The position numbers and the translations under genes are program-made. Below are positions 27,601 to 39,600 of a stretch of 64,000 nucleotides of DNA, one piece after another. Position 1 is the first letter of the stretch. Every line of letters starts with the position of its first letter. Source of the stretch: Phoronis australis (Eukaryota; Animalia; Phoronida); assembly GCA_002633005.1 (NCBI GenBank), contig NMRA01000068.1:699092-763091 (forward strand). Direction: 5' to 3'. The notes beneath the pieces are model-generated. The model did not search any database. It had not been told where the DNA came from and saw only the letters and a list, made by a program, of their open reading frames with translations.

Positions 27601-30600
27601 ATATATAGGATCGAGTACCCATATTGTCAAGTGAAATATGTTGATGAGACTGCTCAGAATTTAGGGATCAGACTAAAAGAACTTATTGTATCATCTGGCA
27701 ACACAACAGTCGTTATAGAACACCATATGGATACTTCACACAATATTTGCAAACCCACAGTTAGATATTATCTAGAGAGAATGACTACTGGAACCGCAAT
27801 ATCCGGGAATCGGTCAAAATCATTAGTAACAAGCCAGAGTTGAGCAGACTAGTTACCAACCATTTACCAGCACCTCCTCTCAAGTGGCAACTGCCAGTGG
27901 CGTGTGACGACCATCAAGCACCACCCACAGGTGGCCATGTGACACAGAAATCCCTGCCAGTAACCCAACGAAGGGCCCAGGATGGGCCTGAATACTATAT
28001 TCTCAAATATAACACAGTAGGCGATAGGTAACAATCTTTATTTCAATGCTATGTAACAGCACCCGCTATGACCATTCATTCCACTAAATTATGAGTGGTG
28101 GGTTAGAAAACTAAAGCAAAAGTGGTGGTGAAAAATGCCTTCCCCGTCCCACATGGTAGTATCTTACTGGAACAGCCCTAACCTTAAAGAAAGGCCAACC
28201 ATTTGTGATGAAGAAATGTTTGAATTCATGAACATCACTGTCGCAAAGATGACTACAATCACTTATTTCTACCTAGATTTGTTGTTCACTGGAGTGTGCC
28301 CAAGTCAATGGCCGCTTACTATCAGGAGTCGGGTCGTGCGGGCCGTGATGGCAAACCTTCATTCTGTCGGCTTTACTACTCCAAGAGAGAGAGAGATGCT
28401 ATTTCATTCCTGATCAACCAGGCACATGTGAGAGGCAAGGCTGGGGTGAGTATTCATGAAGTCAGTCTGCCTCACTCGGATCTAATGCTCTGGATGCTTT
28501 CTAGGTTTGCTTGATTTGTTGAAAATACACACTTTGTCGATGAAGTTATGTGATAGTGAAATTTCCATCAGTGTGGGTTACTTGATTGTGTTGACACGAT
28601 TACAGTCAATTTCAATCTGTCTGATGGAATGCCTCATGCCATCCTCTCTTGTGTGCAGTTCCAGATTACGCAACGATAATTGAATCTCGCTATATTTACC
28701 CACAATGCCATAAACATCCATCAGACACATTTGCTGCCTTGTTTTCGTGCCACTGGAGTTTCACATGTTTATTTGCAGTTGTCTGATTCTTTACTAGTTT
28801 TTCTTGGATGCATTACTCTATTCGTCCTTCCAATGCCAACTGTTGTGCTGTGAGTTGCTTCTTCGATATGAAAAAGTTTGATAAACTGGACAAAACCCGT
28901 GGATGTGTGATATGAAATTCTTTGCCTTCCCGACATCACTGATAGATACGAAAATGTGCCTGATTTTCAAAACTAGGAAACACGCTTTCTTATCTCCAGG
29001 ACAAAGGGGGAGTTTTATCGTCGTGTAACTTGGGATGACCTTATTAGTGAAGCGCAAACAACTTTTTAAATTTGGCACCATTCATCTTATGTGTTACTGA
29101 AAAAAGACCAATAATGTTAAAAAATCCCATTCAACATCACGGTTACTGTACCATCCCATTAGTCACAGCGAGGGGAGAACAATAGCCAATTTGCATATCA
29201 ATATTCAAGTCTAAAATTTCAACAATATAATGAATATGATCCATTGAAAGAGTTTGCCAGTCATTAATATTTTAAATGTAAGCCCTATTTCTGAAGATGT
29301 GAATGTGCACTTATCATTCATAAATCGTTCATTTTGCCCACATATTTATGTGCGAGATAGGTCATATTGCTGTCATCTCTGTCTGGGCATCAGGCGTATG
29401 CAAACTTCATTCCTATGAAGCTGATGACGTATGACAACATATTTCGGACCGATCCGAGTTCCGCTGTGCCCCCTTGTGGCAATTTTAGTTTTTTCGTTTG
29501 CCTCTTCATCTTAAGATTTGAATAATGTATTTTTATTGAAATTTGGCCAATAGGTTTTTTTTAAGGAGGCGACAACGCTTTCCCATTTTCCGACAGATTT
29601 GATGTTTTCTGCACCTCCTGGTGTCCGTTTTTGTTATTTTTGCGTCTGTTTTTTTGGTGTCCACTTCCCCGTTACCCTCGAACTCAGCGCCACCTAATGA
29701 AAGTGGCCCTGCAGACACATGATGATCGACACACAGAATTCCGTGCGTGGGCATCATTGCGCATGCTTGGTCGGAAGTTTATCACATCGCCACCACTTGC
29801 ACATACCTTCTTTGCACTGTACTTGTTTAGACTTAGCTACGGGGTCGGGGTTTCCTTGATTTTGTTTACTTCGATTACTGCCCATTTTAATAAATTACAA
29901 CTATTCAAGTCAAAGATGGTTTCCATGCTACGTAAGAGTAAAGTGAAAGGGGTTTCCCAGATTTCAACTTATGGGAATGACTGAATGGTATGACGTCAGT
30001 TTCATCACTTTATCCAATGAAAAGTTATGATAAACAACATTCCACAGTGTTACCTTTCATAGAAGTGTGAAAGAGTGTACTTTTCTGTCTGCCATACCGT
30101 TTGAAAGATCATCATCATGAGAATTTACAGGTGTATTCTTGATGAGAAGGCTGTGACTGAAGTTGATTTTCGGACAGGTCCGACTACTGTGTCGCCACCT
30201 AGTGGAGTTTTCGTTTTTTTGCGTCTGTGGTGAATGACTTTTCCTTTTTCGTATGGATTCAATTTCAATGTAGTTTTGGCTATTTTTATTTTTTCGCATC
30301 TGCCTCTTTATCCGCCGAACTGCTTAAAGAACCATTTAAAAAACTTTATAGACATCTTCCTGATAAAAAGACCGTGCCTGACGCTGATTTTTGGACAGCT
30401 ATGAGAACTGTGGCGTCTCTTGGTTGTGATTTTGTCTTTTTTGTGCTAAGTTTTGGTTCAGATATTGGTTTCAAAAAATGTTGGCTTCAATTTACACTTA
30501 ACTTAAAATGCAAGAGATGATTTTCCACAGTGGCAAGTTGTGCTTTTGCAGTTTATGCCATATGTTCATTCTAGATTTCAACAAAATTTATCTACTCTTA

Positions 30601-33600
30601 ACATTTCTTACAACTAGTATTAAATATTCTGACTTCTGATGTCCACTTGACAATCTCTGTGCAGGGTAAGGTGAAGGTCAAAGTTCAAACTGAAGCTGCC
30701 AATGCTGACCTAGAAACAATGATAAAATACTGTGAAGAACCAAGGTATGCTGTTTACTTGTATCATAGTGCAGAGTTCAAATGTGATGGCCAGAATCATG
30801 TTCTCTAGGTCCCAAAGGACCGGAAAATGTGCTACCTTCTCATAAAATGTTGAATTATTTGTGGCTGTATCTCCTAGATGATCTTTGGAAATTTGGGAAG
30901 TGTATGCCGAATGAACTTGACAAGGAGTAGGCAGATGCGACTACTCCTCAGCTTCCTGGTGGCAACGTCATGAACGAACAACAACTTTGATTAGTTGGTG
31001 TTTTTCTGTAGCGGCTATGATAATAGTTGCTACAATCTGGGATCATTGTATTCAGCTTAATCTATGTCTGATGCCAGCTGTTTGTCCCACATTAGCGTAC
31101 TGTGGTAACAATAAAGGCGAGAGTTGTGAGATGCATGCTCGATTTTGGTGCCAGTTTCATTTTTTTACGCACTTATAAAGCACCGAAGAGTCTGGTGGGA
31201 TTACGCATTTATTTAGGGATATCAGTTGTTGCAAACTTCATGACATTGAAAATTATTGCGTGTAGTTCATCAGGGTGTTCTACCATAACAGGAATCGTGG
31301 TGTAGAACACATTTCTCGGAGTCAAAAACATACTCCTGCACCTTCAAAACAGCTAACTAGCTTGAAAATGCAGAAAAACCCTAGGGATCAGACAGGAAAC
31401 GACAATTTTTCAAATTTTCTGGGACCGTTGTCGGTATCCTCAATTTTAAGTTAAAGCATCTTCAAGTACTTTCCAATTGTTTTCAAAATTAATTGTTGAA
31501 AATTGTCAACAATGAAACACAACGTATATTGGTTTTGTTATTTTAATTTTATCAGTAGAACTTTCGCAACTTGTTGAATTTCATCGTAATATATACTCTC
31601 AACACATTGTTATCTCTTTGAATATTTAGTTAATTTCAGATTATTCAATAGTTTCTTCAAAAATTTTTTCAAAAATGAAAAATAAAAATATTATTTCGAC
31701 TTTCCAATGCCATTGTTGATTAATGTGCTGTGACTTGTACGCAACCGTGTGGAAGAAGAACTGTTAATTGAAGAATTGGGGAATAAAGAACTGACCAATA
31801 GGTGACGCAATATTTCATGGCGCTGAAAGCCAACGTAAAAGATCGTACCACAACTTTAGTAGCAGAATACTGTAGAACGGCAATCCGTCTTAAGTTGTCT
31901 AAAATTCTCATATAGTAAAGCAATATATCTCAACTATTTAAAGTTGGATTATTTATTTTTCATCAAACTATGTTTGGCAGAAAGTGCGGGAGTGATGTTT
32001 TCGTCCCCGGGTGTCCTATCAGATCCCCAGGGTTCCTGATTTAAAGGTCGGGATTCGTGTTTTCCGGGCGGTAACGCGCCGTTGGAATCGTGGACGCCCT
32101 GGAATATTGAGAACCCCATTTTGGACACACTATTTTCCAAATCCTGGTTAAAGCCCTGGATGGCAGTCCTGGTGTAATGGGATGGCAGTCCTGGTGTAAT
32201 GGGATGGCAGTCCTGATGTAATGTGATGGCAGTCCTTATGTAGTGGGATGGCAATCTTTATGTAATGGGATGGCAGTCCTGATGTAATGGGTTGGCAGTC
32301 CTGATGTAATGGGATGGCAGTCCTGGTGTAATGGGATGGCAGTCCTGGTATAATGGGATGGCAGTCCTGGTGTAATGGGATGGCAGTCATTATGTAATAG
32401 GATGGCATTCCTGATGTAATGGGATGACAGTCCTGGTGTAATGGGGTGGCAGTCCTGGTGCAATGGGATGGCGGTCCTGGTGTAATTGGATGGCAGTCAT
32501 TATGTACTAGGATGACACTCCTGATGTAATGGGATGGCAGTCATGGTATAATGGGATAGTAGTCCTGGTGTAATTGGATGGCAGTCATTATGTAATGGGA
32601 TGGCACTCCTGATGTAATGGGATGGCAGTCATGGTGTAATGGGATGGCAGTCTTGATGTAATGGGATGGCAGTCCTGGTGTAATGGGATGGCAGTCCTGG
32701 TATAATTGGATGGCAGTCTTGGTGTAATGGAATGTCAGTCCCGGTGTAGTGGACATTTATTGGACTTTGTATTCTTGATGATCAGCTTTCTTACTCTGAC
32801 TGAAAATATATTTGAAATCCTGGAGTAAAATGTCACCCTTTTAGGTAACAAACAGTATGTTGGACAAGTGATTTTTTTCACTTTTTGTTGTTAGTAGCAT
32901 TCAACCTGTGCTTCATTATGTTATGGTTCTGTACTATGACTACCATCTGAGAATGGTTTGAGATATTATAGATATTGACAGCATCTTTAGAAGGCTTTGA
33001 AAAATGAAAAAATCAAACTTGACAATTAAGTTTTCTGAAATGGATGAGTTTTTACGGTATTGCAACAGCTATTACCGCTGCATAACGAGTATTGAAGCGA
33101 GAGTGACATCTCATTGTGTGCGACACAGTTCTGTGTTTGCAGCAGTATTTCAGCTATTGGGTTATTTCAGTTGTCGCCATGGACTGGTAGCTAAGTATTT
33201 TGGTGATGAAAAACCAGAGTGCAATAAACTGTGTGACTACTGTAAACACCGCAAAGTGGTTGACAGAGACGCACGGGACTTTCACGGAGGTGTGATTGCA
33301 ATGAAACAGAGGTCAAAAGGGAGCCAAGGGGGCTATATGTATGGTATAGATGACAAGTTGGAAGATGATTCTGACTTATATGGAGGAGGTCGAAGGGGTG
33401 TTAAGCGGTGAGAATGACTTAAATCATTTATTAGCCTATTTTATGGCCAAAGTAGATTTTGATTAACTCGAGCGTTTTCTTTGAACGAGTGCTTTGCAAC
33501 AGTTGGACAAAAATTGCCATCAGCAGTAACTCCATGTTGGGTTCTTGTTTTTGTTTTCATAAATTTCCAAGTAGCGATGTCAGTCTATACTGAGAATGGT

Positions 33601-36600
33601 AAGTATAGGTTGAACAGAAATGCATCGAGCTAGACTTAACATTGAATGTAATAAACTGTGTACATTTTGAAAAGGAAAATCCATTTTATTTATTTTTTGG
33701 TTAATAATTGAATGCTTAAAAATGAAACATTTCACTCATATTGACACGTAATTATCTGAATTAATTTTGTACTTATTAGTTTTGATGAGCTTATGACATT
33801 TTGCTTCTCGAATAGTAGAATTAAATAGAATATTTTCTGTAGAGAGTGGGGCGATGATGATGACACCAGTGACAACATTGAGGCACAGGAGCAACAAGAA
33901 AAGAAAAAGAGAACGGAGTTTATTATGAAAGAGTTTGAAAAGCGTCGCAAGGTGAGTGGTGCCATTCTTACAGTATTCACTGCAAGAGGAAGATGAAATG
34001 GTGCCTTTTGGTTTTGTTTAAGGCCACCAGCACTGGTTTAGCGATGCACAGCACACCAGAGTTCTCTGTGGGAAGGCTGCGGCGCAGCTTGGCATCCTTC
34101 AAAGGCTGCCAAGACAGCTTGATCATGTGTCATGGATGGCTATTTTTAGATGCTTTGTCCTGTCACACTTTAGTTACTGTAACTTAGTGTGGCATTTCTG
34201 CGGCGCGACGAACACTACAATCCTCGAGCTCCTTCAGAACATTGGGCACTCAGGTTTTTGTATCAGGACTGGAGTTCGAGCTACTCTGAACTCCTCGCTA
34301 GAGCAGATCTTCCAACCCTTGAACTGTCTAGAAAGCACGCGATCCTGTGGGAAGTGTACAACTCATATCATCACTTGTCACCCCCTTTCATGTGGGACCT
34401 CTTTGAGGAAAAAATGTCTCATTATAATCTTCGCAATAAATCTGTGCTACGTGTGAAGCGATGTCAAACAGTGCGCCAAGGTTTAAACTCTTTGTCAGTG
34501 TACGGCGCAAAACTTTGGAACTCTCTTCCCAATGAGTCTAAGTTCATGGATTATAAACTTTTTAATGTAGAAAATAAATCTGAAACTAAATAAGGCAATC
34601 CAGATACTCCCAAGGATACTATTGTTTCACGAAATGTAGAATATAAATAGGTAAATAAAACAACAAGAATGGATCAACTGAAATTTTCGGATATAATAAC
34701 GTCCTTTGTCAACAGAAACAGAAATAAAATAAAATCAAACACTATATGACAATTATTTGTTTCTGTTGATAAAGGATGTTATTATATCCGAAAATTTCAG
34801 TTGATCCATTCTTGTTTTATTTACCTATTTATATTAAAGTTTTTAAGAATTTTATAAATCTTGGACAGAACCTCTGTGCAGGTGCCGTGTATGCAGATTT
34901 TAAATCTGGTGTGTATGTGTGCGTGTGTGTGTGCGTGTGTGCCATACTTTCATGATATTTCGTCAATATGTGTTTTTCTCATTTTTTCATGTGTTTGGTT
35001 TTATAGTTTTTTTTTATTATTTTGTTATTCATACATTTTTATGTTATTATCTACTGTCGGTGATATTAGCCTTTGGCTAGTGTTTGTCTATTTTGTCAAA
35101 CTTACTATAAATAAAGAGATTTGATTTGATTTGAACCAAAAGTGCACTGTAGTATGTCTTTACCAGAGAAAAAACTTATTTTTAGTATGAAGTACCAATT
35201 CATGAACACTGTTTTCTTGAAAACATATTTGTTATAAAACCTTTCATTCTTGACCTTTGGTAACTTTTCGCTGTCATGCATGCCTAAATTATTTAACTTG
35301 AAACATAAACGATTGCTACACACATGCCTACTTAATGTGAGTAAATGCAAGCCAAAAATGGACCTTAAAAGAATTCAAACGGTACAGGAAATTATTGTTG
35401 TGAACACTTTGTATCTTTTTGAAATTTTGTTTGGTGGGCGCTTCTTGGTGATCTGATCAGTGCAATAGACCTACCCAAGCGGTCTGTGCATGTCTGGTAA
35501 AAAGTGTACCAGAGCGCCTGCAATTATTTTTTGTACTTTTTAAAAATAGATGAGACTATGCTATTTCATAGATCTTTGCACTTAAGGCTTATTGCTTCCA
35601 AATTCACTCTTAAGTGCTGCATGAATTATTCAGAAGATTGTTGTCATAGTAGTGAGTGATCCTCTCTATTCCCTGTAGAATGACTCGAAGATTGATGACG
35701 ATCCAGAACAGCCTCCAACTGACTGTGTCTTGAGGAATGCATCAAGCCAAAGAATTCCTAAACTAAGCTATAAGGTCAGCAATGATGTCTTCTGTGTGTT
35801 GACACGGGCACAAATCAGTTGAAGCACTGAAATAATATTCTTTTAACAGTACAGTGAAATATGATGCACTCCCATTGAGATTTTACTGCATCGTTTGGGA
35901 GTCTTAACCTCACTCAGATGCTGTTCAATATTCAGTGGTGGATTTAATAAATGTTTATGGTCTGCTGTGTCTAAAGTGAGCAGTGAAGTAATGCTGCCAC
36001 CAACAGGTAATGTGTATCTGAATCCTGCTGTAAGTGGCAATTGTTATCACAACTGGTAAGAAGGATTTATTGTAACTGCTGGTTGGGAAATGAGATGAAG
36101 TGCCAAATGCTTTTGGTATACACACCCTGTGAACTAATTTTTACTATCATTATGTGCTTGAACTGTAAAGGCTGTCAGCAGTAATGAAAGCTTAGGCAAA
36201 TAAATACATCTATATAACGACAAGGTACGATGGAACCCAGTATCTTGTTGGGAATTTATGTCAGGAGTTTCAGTTTTTATTATTGAAGCTTCAAATATTT
36301 TCAAACGAAAGGAGTCACGTTCAAAATACCTGATGATGGTATTGTCAACAATATCTGAGTGAGAAATTTTCTGTTTGTGGAGTATTTGAAAGTGATCTTT
36401 AATTGATCTATTTTATAAATGCATAGATAACCGGCGAGATAAAGTGCAAGTTGTATAACCAACATACCTTGAGCAATCAGTGTTTGAACGAATACATTCA
36501 TTGTGAGGGCAATTGAACTGATAAATCAAGTCAGTTTTGGCTAACACTTGGACAGACTTTGAACACATATTGCTTTCAACAACAAGATCTTTAATTTTAT

Positions 36601-39600
36601 GGTTTTGGTAATATATGATTAACTTACGGCTATCTTCTGGCTTAACGTTCTTAACATTATTATGGATGATCCGTTTTAAAACTCGTTCATCTTCAATATA
36701 ACGTGAATGGAATTGGTTGCGGTAAAATAGTTTCTTGGTACAACCACTTATTTGTTTGAAACACACAGGCTTCTGCAAGCGGATTATCAAAAGCTTCATA
36801 TTCTCATCGACAAACTTGTTACTGTAACCGTTATTTATCATAATTTGCTTGATGCGATTACACTCAGTGTTGAAGGTTTTCCAGTCTGCAAAGTGAGTTT
36901 CATCAATCATGAGATATCCCTCGAATAGGAAAATTTTGGAAGTTAACTGTGGAGGTCACGCAAAGCTTTGAAAGTTGCCAGGGAAATTGTTTTTTTGGAG
37001 CTGGCCTCTATTACAGGGAGGTGTTTACTAGAAATCCGGCATTTATTTCTTTCATTCCTGGGCAGGCCAATACTTACAATCATGGCAAAAAATTTGCTTT
37101 GGCAATCGTCTGCTCTTAGGTCACATTGTTTTGAGAGGTCTTCTATAAGAGACCCAGCTTTTATTGATGTCGGCATACCTAGACCCAACTTCTTTTAGAG
37201 GGAGGCGTCCATTAGAGGTTTTATGGTATTTGCCTTTGTATTTTCAACTGGAGTAGGTGGAAAAGTGAAGTTTGGTGTAATTCAACTTACCTGGCCATTT
37301 CTTGTTGCAACTTGAGTCAAATTCTCTACATCTGTATGATGTCATGCTGAAAGAGATCATTTGTCAAAACTTACATTTTGGCTAATCTAATTTGTATTTC
37401 ACAAAATTTTTAGCTGGCAGAGCAATGCACCTCGATCTCGGAAACTAAATTATTTACAATAGAACTATCAAGGTGTCGAACACGTAAATGCTGTAATTCT
37501 CATCCACTTCCCTGCTGTTGCATTTTACTGTGTGTATCAATGATTTTTTATAAAGTAGCACGTTAAATTTAAACTTTTCTGTTTTGCATGATTCAGGTAC
37601 GGGAACACTGCCTAGGTCTCCTTGAGGGGGCACTGTTTACCAACTACCAAACTCATTTCTCAGGAAATTTGGTTGGGAAAGATGCTGCATGGTATACCCC
37701 TCGCTGCTGTGCAATAGACATGGAGTATAATATTTTCAGCGCCAGTAAACTACCCAATACATATCGTGCTAATGTGATGAAAAGAGCAAACGAGATAAAG
37801 AAATTAACTGGCACTAAGGATTTGCATGAATGCTTCTTAATGAAATGTTCAGATGGTTCACCACCAGAAATGTTAAAGTCAAAGATACCTATGTTCATGA
37901 CAGCTGCAGAGATGTCGCAAAAATCTTCTCAGGAGCAGTGTGCTAATTCGCAGGTTGAAGAGTCAAAGGTTGCAGACACCTTGTTCACTATTTCAGCCAC
38001 GCATTCTTCTGGAGAACAGTGCATTAAATCACAGGTTTTCAGTTCAAAGACTGGTGGTTCTAAACTTGTGGAACCTCTTGCCAAACACCTAACTAATTTT
38101 GCCAGTAGTTTGGATTACAAGAAGTGCAATATTAGTCCTGATATGACAGGTGAGCTTGGGACAGATTTAAGAGAAAAAGCTTCTCCAATTGTCTTCCCCA
38201 GTATGAAGAAGCAGGAAACGGTGTTGGAAACTATAGTCATTTCTTCTTCTTCTGATGATGATGATGATGATGACAACATTGGAAGTCTTCCAACTCTTGA
38301 CGTTGCATGGGGGACAACGTATAAATTTTCAGGAAAAATGGAAAATGAGAATGAGTGTCTCGGGGGTCCCTGTGAAGACTGTCCAACTCTTACTACTGCA
38401 AGGGAAGACATAACAAATTTGTCTGTTAAATTAAGGGAAAGTGAGTGCCTCAGTTGCCATGAAAATGAGGGTCACCAAGAGACTATGGACAGCAGTTCCA
38501 AGATTTGCCTAGCTTTGGATGCTTCCTTGAAAGATTTACAAAAGTCCACGTCATCTTTTCAGTTGGGGAGCGGAGGCAAACTCAAAACTGGGAGTTGTAA
38601 AGATACTCCTGGCCACCAAGAGACTGATGTAAAAAAGCCCTCTGTTAATGACGGTCATGGCAATGTCCGTGCTGAAGGAAATCAAGTTCTTGTGACTACA
38701 CACGGGGATAATGCTGTGTCTAAAAGGGCTGCTTTCCAACAACATGCAAATTGTAAAGAAAGTGGCTTAGATTTTGGTACCAAAGCACTTCTCACTAATG
38801 ACTCTGCCAGTGGAGAGTTACCAGCATCAAGTTTCCCAGTATGGAATAAAGATCCATGCCCCACTGATTACAAAGGTACAAAAATTCAAGAACGTGATGG
38901 TGATTGCAGCAACAAAGCTCATTCAATTTCGAAGGTTGCAAATGAAGATAAATCCAAGTCATTTGCCAACCTACAGAGTGAAGATAAAGGTGGCGCCACC
39001 ACCTATTCAGATGCAACTACTTCATTTGAAGCTGATCTATTTGTTGGTTCTAACAATGATGCTCAAGGAAATAAATCCAAGCCATGCACTACACCCGCTG
39101 AGAAGAAAAAAACTGGGATGGTTCAACGAAGTTATTCAAGGGATGGACAGAAACACGGTCTTTATAATAATTTGTGGGACAAATTTGGTGGTTGTGGTGG
39201 AAGAGCAAATCAAGGAAAATTTGGCAAAACTGTTTCTTTGCATCAAGTTAGCCTCGAAGATGGGAGAAAACCGATAACAGATGGGAAAATGCTAGAAGAG
39301 TCAAAGCAAATTTGGAACTTAGCTCCCATAGATAATTCAGTGCATCACCATAATGCAGTGAAAGCAAGTGTTAATGGTTGCAATAGACTTAGTACTGAAC
39401 CAAGTGTTGAAAGCAGTGAGTCAGAGTGCACATTTGCATCTACATTGAGGGTGGAAAATGTGGGAAGTTGTGCGTCTGGCACGTTGGTAAAACCATCCAG
39501 TTACTTCTTCTACAAAGAGAGAGGAGATGGAGAGTGCATGGATGATGACAACATGGATGACCATTATGAAAAGGCAGTGTCTTTATCTCAACCAGTGATA

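Noticed and set aside
31949-32756. Repetitive minus-strand ORFs ([22 protein letters not shown]) or a CRISPR-like array
   Set aside because: Translation of a 22-bp minisatellite with no unique spacers; intronic, eukaryotic context, no cas genes
36943-37300. ORFs beside the Penelope fragment as a nested gene in RECQL5 (as with small nested genes in human RECQL5)
   Set aside because: No transmembrane or domain signature that I can recognise; a homology search would be needed
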